49,393 bases of DNA from Paraglomus brasilianum (taxonomy: Eukaryota), in contig CAJVPI010000143.1 in the NCBI GenBank assembly GCA_910592345.1, forward strand, positions 1-49,393, in the 5' to 3' direction. Positions 39,426 to 49,393 of this stretch are shown one piece after another. The translations under genes were made by a program, and so were the position numbers. The notes beneath the pieces are model-generated. The model made no database searches and was not told the origin of the DNA. It saw only the letters and a list, made by a program, of their open reading frames with translations. Every line of letters begins with the position of its first letter. The first letter of the stretch is position 1.

Positions 39426-40297
39426 AAATCATCACAAGAAATCTTTGATTACATAGAGAAGAGGACTTGATGTCATTCTTCTTTGTTATACTTTAACTCG
39501 TGGCAATTACGTTTATTCGTTTATTGTACAACGAGTCTAAATAGAATAGATGGCATTCATAAATGTGCTTTTTTTTTTTGTCTTCTCATAAAGGTGTTAT
39601 TAGATCTTTTTTAACCAATCGTCGTTATGTTGTAATAAAGTATTGACGCTTTTGTTCAAACATGTTATTGAAGCGTTTAAACGTGTGTGGCAATATGTTT
39701 ATCAAAGTGTATATCCACCCCAGATTCATCGTACATTCTTGTGACATAAAGATTTACCGGCACATCCTCTCAAGCATCTGTTTGCTATTGGCGTACACAA
39801 TGTAAATCTTTGTATTGAAATAGATTAATTGTCCGGAGCGTAGCGAAGGTCTTTCTATTGTTTTGCTGTATGCGGTCTGATCCCTGACCCCCCGGTATTT
39901 ACTCCATCCTTCCAACTTTCAACGTTAATTAATATGTTCGATCTTAAGAAATTTAAAAAAAGCTTGGCTGGTGCTTTTCCGAGGGTAGTGCATTCAGGGA
40001 GTTTGTATTAGCATATTGCGTGATACTATTAAATAATGATATGTTATATTGTGCTTTATTAGTTCACCGTAAATACTGATCTATGCTTGTCTGTCGCTTG
40101 TCTCTCATGTTCACTTGTTTTATTCATTAACTCTGACTTTCCTTTTTTTTTTAAATCAGTTAACATATTCTGTTCGAGTTTTCTCATTATTGCAAGCATA
40201 CAAATAAAGCTCATATTTTTGAGCATCTGATAAAGTAATCTTATTTTTGAGGTACGGTAAAAGTATAGCGTTTGTCGAAAGACGAGGGTTTAATACA

Positions 40298-40428
40298 CAG
40301 TAAGTCCGCTTTAACGAAGAGCTCTGTTCCGTCAAAAAACTTTGTTAATGCAGACTTCTATATCTATAACAAATTTTTATATATAATCACGTAATATCCG
40401 TTAAAGCGAGATTGTTTATTTAATTCTG
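40298..40428. mobile_element. Degenerate MITE related to the 27.4-kb element
   Basis: Starts CAGTAAGTCCGCTTTAACGAAGAGCTCTGTTCC, compared with CAGTGAAATTCACTTTAACGAAGACATTCGTTCC from the reverse strand of the 27.4-kb element. Inverted pair CGCTTTAACG (40307) / CGTTAAAGCG (40399). Ends CTG-TA. Confidence 0.5.
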
Positions 40429-41226
40429 TACGTTCCATCCTACCCATTCTGTTTCTTAAATCCTCTAAACACCAGGCAAATTGCGTAGAGGATTCAGTTA
40501 ACAGAAAATGATCTATTAACTATATTCAGCAAATCCAAATAATGAAATTAACTCGGGCATTATTGGAATACGTAACACCCTTGAAGAATACAGATGTCAA
40601 CTTATGACATTTGAAATTGTGGCTTAGAATATGAATTTGTCTTTTGCTACAATTTTGATCTAAATTCCAATCTGACATACAACACTAATATCTAAGGAAT
40701 CATTTAAATGTATCATATAAGAGGGTTGAATGAATCAAGCGGTCAATTTCTGGGTTATGTGAAACATTCTTAACGACTTCTGGAACTAGCGACAATGTTT
40801 GCATTGACGCCGGATCAAATTTGGAGATCAATAACAGAAATAGAAATTATTTAATTATCCCAATAGATGACATGGCCTAAATTAGAAATTATTTATTTTT
40901 TACATGAACGGTAATGCGTGACGGATTATCAACTTGGTATTTTTTCCCCTGGAACATGTAGAATGCCCAATAAGCGCAAAAAAACCCAAAGCTTTGGATA
41001 CTTTATCAACAGGAGTCAATGACAAGAGACACTAGTTTGGATTTGATTGTTATTACGAATGCAATGAAAACTTTCCGGCTGATGGATAATACCACAACTT
41101 ATTCACAGAATTTATCTGCATTACATATGGTGCTACTTTTAGAAAGACTTTTGGTAAGATCCTAATATTAAGTTGATAATCCGTAGTAGTACCTCGAATA
41201 TCAAACTGACCGAAGAAAAGGTAACC

Positions 41227-41430
41227 ATGACCTCGAAAACAATTCTTCTGCTGATATCTCTACTCTGTTTGCCAATACGATACCAAGTATCAGTGCTAAA
41301 GATTGTAACCTTTTTGCGACCAAGGTCGTTATTCATAAAATTGGTTTCTTTTATATAAAACATTGTTTTACTTATTTCAGAAAGCGAGGTGTGCATCTTC
41401 AACGACAATTGCTCACAACATTACCCTTGA
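41227..41430 (+). pseudogene. Frameshifted paralog of the 39142 cysteine-rich peptide gene
   Basis: MTSKTILLLISL..., with the same intron position (TTTTGCGACCAAG|GT...TTACTTATTTCAG|AAAGCGAGGTGTGCATCTTCAA). It has two frameshifting deletions in exon 1 and has lost the CxCxCC block from exon 2. Confidence 0.82.
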
Positions 41431-42891
41431 AAGTATTGCAAGAAGTATTTGATTATATAAATAATCGACCTTGTTACCAGTCGTTAATAAATCGTTAGAA
41501 AAATATTGACCACCCGAAAATACCATATTCATATATTCTCGCGGCCCCGTGTCAGCGAAAGATGTCCGATCATACTCGGAAAAGTTTATTGTGATATCAA
41601 TCAACATAACACACACACAATATAATTTGTACGGTAAACTTATTATCAGTCGACATATCTGGGCGCCATGCGGAAACCCAATTACAACCTGCAACTTTTG
41701 AAAAGATTGAAAATGGCAAGCCGGTGATTATTACCAATAAAGCCGGCTGTCTATTTCAGCAATAGAGTATTAAATAATTTATTGATATACGTAGCCTATT
41801 CTGCACAGTATGAAATACTGCTATCATGTCTATCACGAGAACTACGCCAAACCTGTCATGGCCATTGTAAAATCTGTGTTTCTGAAACAAAGGGGAAGGT
41901 AACACCGCCAAGCATATCTCATACTGATACGCACTTAGCAAAGTCTGAGGCTTTCTAAGATCTTTAAGTCCTCTCTTACAATTACTTTATATATTTAAAA
42001 ACAATGATCTTCGTAAGGTAAAAGTTGCAGTGGCTTACCAACATGTACTTAATGACTCAGGTTGGGACCTCTTTTACATACCATAATAATAACAGGCTGT
42101 TATTACTACGATAAGAAAATATATTATATAAGTTACGTCATCTGTCAATGCCACCCCAAAATAGTAGTGATTATAGTAATATGATTGTCAAACGAGGGCG
42201 AATAAAAAAAAACCTGAATAATATCTTGATATACCCATCAGAAAGTTGCTTTCAACAATTTCTCTCAAACTATATTGTCTCAGTTGAAATCATCTAGCGC
42301 TCATAGATAATAAATTTTCTAATTAGCAATCGGTTTAATCAATTTTTCAAAGAAAAAAGTGCCTTTATTACGGTAATATTAATAGTACAAATTCTATGAA
42401 TATTGGCGTTGAGTAACATTTACGAGCCATGCATTGCTTAAAGGTTATTTTTGATTGGGACGTACGAGCACACGATCTCACATTTTACGCCAATATTTGA
42501 GGTGACTATAACGCAGTTAACATCGAGCTAATATTAGTTTTAAATATTTTTTTATTATTTTGTCTAGATCTTTTGTCATTAATTCATATAATAATTATTA
42601 AAATTCAAAGTTGACAATGAATTACACCTTCGAGTGTTTGGAAACAGAATTGATACCAAAACATCAGAGCAAAAAGCAGATAGCGTTGAAAGAAAAGAAA
42701 GAAAAAAGGCAACGCCAAAAACTTTTCTATGGTCGACTTGCCGATCACTCCAGCCTTTTGCACGGGAACTAACATTATTATTATTATTATTATTAGATAA
42801 ATAGTACCATAATCGGCTCGACAATGAGATTGCTGATGTTCACACATATAAATGAAGATTTAGGACTAGTCAAGTCAATGTTAGGCTCAAC

Positions 42892-44275
42892 ATGACCGAA
42901 ATTTTCAATGAAACTTTCGATTCTCTCGAAAAAGGTTCAATAGCACCAACGAGAAAAGCTGTTAAACACACCAGCACAGAACCTATTGCCTCTCTTGAGA
43001 GGACATTTTTATTCTTGGTGCTATTAATTGTACTCTATTCGTCTGGCATCTACTGCGCATATGCTACGATAATTCTACAATACTATTCAGTGTACAATGG
43101 GATAGATGGTTTCATTAGAACATACCTGTATCTCATAATATCGTCAGCGTCTGTAATTTTTACTGTACGTACAACATTTGCACAATCCTCAACTTGCAAC
43201 ATATCAGTCATCTCTTATTTACAATGTTTTTTGTGTATGTGCAGTTCAGATCCAGATCGCTCTTACAAGGCCTTGTATTATGCACCGTGAATGCATTGTG
43301 GACTTCTTCAATGTACAAATATATTAGGCTTGAAGTCGCCGTAGCCTACTCTGTTATAGCCATTATGGCATTTGCAGCGCTGTTACTACTGTGGAGAAGC
43401 GGATCTTGGAAGCTGTTTTACCAATTGCCATGTGCTCAGATACAAAGTATGTGTGCGAAAAATTTCCCCGTTGGTTAACGAACATTCAAGTTGATATTTT
43501 ATATTGTCAATTGCATTTTTCATTCACAATGGAAAAATATAGACGTGTATAAGCGATACCAGATATATCTAATGATTGCACATTTGGAGATGGCAATATC
43601 GTTAATTTGCTTGATCAGGATCCACGTTACGTTACCGGCTGAAATCATGGACTTTATTTACTACAACCACAATTGGCACTACGACGAAACCCCGTTTAAA
43701 TATTATCTCCTTGTAAAGCTTCCTTTGCTTTGTATATTGTTTGTTCATTCATTCCTTGGTATCAAAGCCGTGAGTAAAAAAGTTGTATTGATTTCGCAAG
43801 AATTAGTTGAGTAAATATTAACGTGCGTACCGACTTGACAGGTACGGCTTGAATCCAAACGAATGGCAGTTGGTTACTATTTTGGTTCTTATATCATTAT
43901 TGGCGCTATCGTGGTTCCCCCTCTATTGTCATCATGTTCGTTTGAGAATTATTCATACACGGACTATCTCTGTGAGTAATCATACAGACTATTATTAGTT
44001 TTATGTCAGTTTGAGACTTTATTTACTAATACTAACACATAATTTGATGGCCACAGACACGAGTATGCTTGCCCTTCTAAAAATCGGCGCAGTTGTAATG
44101 ACTTACCTGTGTCAGAGAAACTTTGGTAAAGGACTCAAGCAATACAGTAAGTGGTTGAAAGCATTGGTTATTGGCTTGGTTCTATCAATTTTACTTATCG
44201 TATCACATAATTTTACCAGCTATTCATAAATTATTGCCGAACAATTCGAGTCTCAACTTTTACGAGCGTTTGTAA
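42892..44275 (+). CDS. Multi-pass membrane protein of a fungal family with AVRxExK and C-terminal CxxNFGKGLK motifs (6 exons)
   Basis: Five in-phase GT-AG introns join the track ORFs: MTEIFNETF...VIFT|FRSRSLLQGLVLC...|VYKRYQIYLMIAHLE...FLGIKA|VRLESKRMAVGYYF...|TSMLALLKIGAVVMTYLCQRNFGKGLKQY|IHKLLPNNSSLNFYERL*. Confidence 0.8.
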
Positions 44276-46381
44276 TTACCAATTACTGTATATATTTACT
44301 GGATATGTAAGTAAGAGATATTCCAAACTATATTAATATCAATGCAGTGTCGTGAACCTATGCGTTATATCCTGTTATTCATCTCTATTATAGACAAGTT
44401 GGAATATCCTATAAACTACAAAATATTGTTATAATTCCCAATCTGTCTGTAAAATTTGTTAAAAAAAAAAGTTTTTTTTTTTTATTCGAGTGCCATATAA
44501 TAATAATAATGTCATCGCTTTCCAAACGTTAAAACATCACGTGTAAATAATGCGAGAGCAATGGCAATTTGACAAAAATTAACATAAACCGGAAATATTT
44601 GTGTTGGATTTTTAATTCGACTGTAGCTTCACGCACTCTGTCTAGTTATTTTGGTAAACAAAACGACAATAATAGTCGAATAGAAGCTTTGCAACATTGA
44701 GGCTATTAAATCAATTTCCCAATGTCGATAGTAATAACTTTGCGATTCGGCTAATCTTTGAAATATTATAATCAAGCTTTGTTATTGTTATTGTTGTTTT
44801 GAATAACCGTCTCGTCTCGTCTGATTGTTATGCGTGTTCGTTTAAGAGACATGCCGTGGCCTTTATAAGGTTGAAAAGCATTATTCAATCAGGATTGATT
44901 GTCAATAAGCTAAGCCTTGGAATAAGAAATTGTTTATCAGTATTCATTTTTACTAATTGCCCGAGACGAGATTTCTCACTTGTTCAGTTCCGCGACGTTA
45001 TTTCAGAACAAATGTACCAATTAAAGACTCTGATATACCGTATCTAAATTTATGCTTTCGACGATTACAACCAATTTCAAAATTAAAAATTGCATGTTTT
45101 GAAATTTACTTTTCGAGCACACAAGAGAAAATGAAGGAGCAGAAGAAATGTTTATTTCTGGTATGTAAACTTTTACGCTAAACCCCTATTTCACAGCAAA
45201 CATACACTTGCCATTCTTATTATGCATAGCTTGAGCTTTCAGCCTGACGGCAAACCTTGGAATCAAAAAGTTCGGTACAAACGTGAATGTTTGGAAACGG
45301 TATATATAAACTTGTGCAACAAACAAGCGTAATAACTTTGTGCAACAACTCCATGAAACACAGAGATTATTAAGCAATCGGTTAATCGGTGTTATGCGCT
45401 GCAAAGTAATCCAAACATGACACTAATTACGCTGCATCAGGTATATGAAAATTACTTTCTATGAATTTGGTTCAAGACTTATTGACGATTGTAAATATGT
45501 TTTTTCTACTGCGTTTATATAACAGACTGTTGGTCATTCAAGGGTAATGTTGAACGCGGATGTAATGACAAGCACATATTTTGGAAATCTGTGTGTAAAC
45601 CGAGCAGCGATACAATCGTTGAACTATTGCTATTGCTATACTGCATGCACACTTCGGATACGGAGTAGAATTAACAGTTTGGCAAGAACAATAGACGTTT
45701 TGTTTGTTTGAATGTGTCTTCAAATGCACCACTGCTTGAGCAGATCTTTGCAAGTCGATGACACCAAATTTCTCTTGCTTCGACAACTTTGGCTGCTCCA
45801 GCCCATATAAGGCATTATAATCAAAATACCCATAAACATTAAGATGTTTTGTAGTCGTATTAGTATTAGCACTATATACATTTTTTTACTTGATGTTCAT
45901 ATCAAGTATGTAACACAAATATCGCGCTGGAAATGTACAACAAGAATGAATGTACGATAGAATTAGCACCAGCAATGGAGCAGATCATTAATTATGAACA
46001 TGCAATATTATGACATCTGACATCAAAAATTAGACTTCTAATTATACAAATAAAGTCATGGATAATGCATCTATTCATAATTCACTAATTATTGTTTATA
46101 TCGATACAAAGCAACGACGAAGTAGACGCCTGTTCCAATTTATCGTGCATAGTACGACAATTATCTGGGGAAAACATAAATAGACAGATGGTTCTAAGAC
46201 CGTATACTAGTTCGCATTGTCACGGTCTTTTTCTGGAATATTTGTTCAGCTTAATTCCTATATACATTCTTTTAAGTCCTTTTTTCATAAGGACTTTGTA
46301 AATTCTATCATTTATATTCGTCTCGTATCTTATTATCCAATCACCCTTCGTAATCACCCCACCCAAAATATTCCAATCGTG

Positions 46382-47905
46382 ATGTCTTCCCAATCATTCT
46401 CGCGCTTCTTCCACTTTTTCGCCTGCCTCTTGATTGTAGTCTCCATCCTTTCATACGTTTCAGCTGCCCCTGCTCCTTCTGGTGGAGTAAGAAACCCACA
46501 GAATAAACTCAAGGTCACTCTAACTTTCACCGTAGAAGGGGACGGTGATGTCAGCAGTATCGAATCTGGCACTCCTACTCTAAGCGGACCTCCAAGGACT
46601 GGCAAGATTAAAAATCACGGAGGGTGAGTATAAAAGATCGACAAGAGAAGAGTCGAAGTGACGACTATATTGGAAACGTGAACTTGTTATAATTAACTGC
46701 CATACTATTCTATTTAGATTTGTCATTTCTGGCACTGTTAATGTCTATTATATTTACTATGGCGATTGGTCGTCAAGTGCTGATCGCAATACTCTCGAAC
46801 ATTTGATGAAAAATATTGGGTCAACCGGTTATGCTAAAATTCTCACTTCTTACACCGATAGTAGCAATTCGGCTCTCAGTGGGTAAGGATAGATTAATAA
46901 ATGCATTAACGACACTTTAATGATCTGCCATGTATACTAGTTAATCCACTATATTTGTTATTTTAGCAATATCCAACTTGCCGGAACTTTCATTGATAAA
47001 TATTCCGTTGGCCCAGATATTACGGACAATACCATGGTCAACGTCGTCGCGAACGCAATAAAGAAAGCAAATTGGCCAGCAGATCCAAATGCTGTTTATT
47101 ATATTCTAGGCAGTAAGGATGTGAATCAAGTATGTAAACCGAATTTATTTCATATCTTTTTCGTAAATGTCAAACATAACGTATTGCAATCCAACTTTTT
47201 TTTCTTCTTCCCTTCTTCACCAGACTTCTTGATTCTGTAACAATTTTTGCGGATTTCATACGTTTGATAGAATTCGTGGGCAAGATCTCACGTACGCATT
47301 TGTTGGTGATCCCACCACATGTCTTGATGGATGCGCTCCGTTATATTCCGATTCAATTTCCCCCAACAATAATCCTGGCATTGATGGCATGGCCAGTGTT
47401 ATCGTAAGTGCAAACTAGTAAACCCGACCTTTAAATATAAGTAAAAGAAATAGATGTTCTAACTTTGGCGTATTATTCCTTGTTTATCATTAGATGCATG
47501 AATTGGTCGAGAGTATTACAGACGGAGGTTATGATGGTAAGCATAAGACATTGTTACTGAAATCAAAAAAAAAAGTTTTATTTTTTATTTTTTTTTTGTT
47601 TAATAATATTTATAATATTATAACTAAATCCAACATCTTGACCAAATAGCCTGGTTCGATGACAATGGTAGGTCATTTATTAATTCTGAGCAGTTTGTCT
47701 ATCAATTCTTGCTAGTCGATTATTAATTACTTGTTATATCATGATAGACTATGAAATGGCTGACAAATGTGTGTGGAACTTTGGCGGTAGTCAATTGCTT
47801 AGACCCGCCAGAAATGGAGCTTTCTATAATGTAGATGTTGGGCAGAAACAATACCTTCTCCAGCTACTGTGGCACCAAACAAAGAAATGCAGGATTACTA
47901 ATTGA
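46382..47905 (+). CDS. Secreted phosphate-induced protein 1 (PHI-1/EXORDIUM)-like protein, 7 exons, one in-frame TGA (possible pseudogene or base error)
   Basis: Signal peptide, then KIKNHGG|FVISGTVNVYYIYYGDW...|...WPADPNAVYYILGSKDVNQ|TS*FCNNFCGFH...YAFVGDPTTCLDGCAP...SPNNNPGIDGMASVI|MHELVESITD...|AWFDDN|DYEMADKCVWNFG...YNVDVGQKQYLLQLLW. This is the ordered motif set of the Phi_1 family. Confidence 0.88.
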
Positions 47906-48754
47906 TGGCTTATGTCAAGTATCAATAGTAATGAGCATGAATAATGATACAAACCAGTCATCATTAATCTGGTAAACTACTATGATACGAGTCTGTTTTT
48001 TAGTAGATTGCTATTTGGACATGGGCTGGAACTTTGTCTAGTTTATTTAATTAACAATTACTTATTACTAGCAATTTACTAAGCATCTGTATTTATTCAA
48101 GCATTCTTTGTAAAGTCGAGAACAAAATAAAAGTTTTAGCGTTTACGCCAAATGGCAAGTTTCGTGTTTCTATTAACAGCTAATACATTATAAACCTGCA
48201 GTAATTAGAGCAGACTCTTACAAACTAGAATTATCAAGACGAGAGACAATTCTTCATAAAATTTAAAGACACTGTCTTTCCTGTATTATCAAAATTGCAG
48301 ATTTAAATCAATCAATTATAACCCGATATCAGGATATACAAAGCAATGGTTTTATAATAATACTTGCTTATGACAAATTTTAATTATTACCGTTTATAAT
48401 CAGATAAACAGTTGGTACAGTATCAATTCACTATAAAATACCTAACCGTTTACGCGTAATTCTCTGTCGGGAATGATGAAAAATTTGAAGATCACGAAAG
48501 TGAATAGACCACAAGTTCAGAAAATATACAATCACGTATTTTATGCAAAGCGGAATTTACGCATACTAGACTCGTTAATTTTGGTTCGATTAATCAATAC
48601 TTTCATAATAAGTAAAACCGGTCTTTTGTGACTTGTTAAGACGTACTAATATTCATATTCAACCTCTTCTAATTCGAGATAGTCATGACGTTTACTAAGA
48701 AAACAAATACATTACAGGTTTTCAAATTGTTATTATAGAATCAAACCACGCTTA

Positions 48755-49393
48755 TACGGGGGGACAAAAGTATTGCACACTTTTATATTTATGATATTGA
48801 AAAAAATTTTATATGTAATAAAAAAACCAAAATTTGTACCATCTACTGTACCATTTGCCTAAATGGAATGTTTATTTTGATTTAATAAAACAGGTTGTGA
48901 TGACCACAAAAAAAAATCAACAAAAAAAACCCCCCTACTTTTTACCTTGGCGCATAAAAGAGTCTCGACAATGCGCTTACTGATTCTCAAAAAGATAATA
49001 AAAACTAGGTTACAATGATGCAACAGTCGCAATAATGATAGAATGCCATCGCACAACAGTTCAACAGTTTTTTGCAGCCTAATCAGGAAATCTCTGCAAA
49101 AACGATCAGGTCGGCCGCGCATTCTCTCAATCAGCGGGATCGACAAAAATTGAAACCCGCTGTTACTGCGAACAAAAAACACGACAACAAAAAACTGAGA
49201 AATTACTAAAGCAATTTCTAAAGCTAAAAACCGACGAATTTCCACAAGAACGCTTCACCATGTTCATGAAGAAATGTACGTTCGTGTATTCCTTTAAAAA
49301 AGCCCCTCATCTTAGAAAAAAAAATCGGAAAATTCGACTTGAGTGGGCAATGGAAAGGAAGGAATTGGACTGTTGCAGACTGGAAGAAAGTCA
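48755..49393 (+). mobile_element. Degenerate Tc1/mariner DNA transposon (left end and 5' transposase; runs off the window)
   Basis: TA-TACGGGGGGACAAAAGTATTGCACAC is a Tc1-like terminal repeat. Frameshifted transposase pieces are LGYNDATVAIMIECHRTTVQQFL (HTH), KRSGRPRIL (GRPR linker), ISTRTL and KKPLILEKKNRKIRLEWAMERK. Confidence 0.85.

Noticed and set aside
48859..49245. 128-aa hydrophobic minus-strand ORF
   Set aside because: Antisense to the A-rich Tc1 transposase remnant.

Overview
AT-rich, intron-rich eukaryotic DNA from an early-diverging fungus. Mucoromycota, probably Glomeromycotina-like, is inferred from gene content, short GT-AG introns and repeat types. The left ~31 kb is mainly conserved genes that I spliced by hand: a DUF2433-type metallophosphoesterase-like protein with RRM and RGG tail, an R3H-associated-domain protein, CHS7, SEC15, a TMF1/SGM1 golgin, a small 4-TM protein and PRP17/CDC40. 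Decayed PD-(D/E)xK nuclease-like pseudogenes and a MITE lie among them. The right ~18 kb is accessory-looking, and its genes all lie on the + strand: an orphan 7-TM receptor-like gene; a two-exon 68-aa secreted peptide with 8 cysteines that the ORF track misses, plus a decayed tandem paralog; a multi-pass membrane protein ending in NFGKGLK; a secreted PHI-1/EXORDIUM-like protein with one in-frame TGA; and a degenerate Tc1/mariner transposon running off the edge. All product calls come from recalled motifs; no database search was run.
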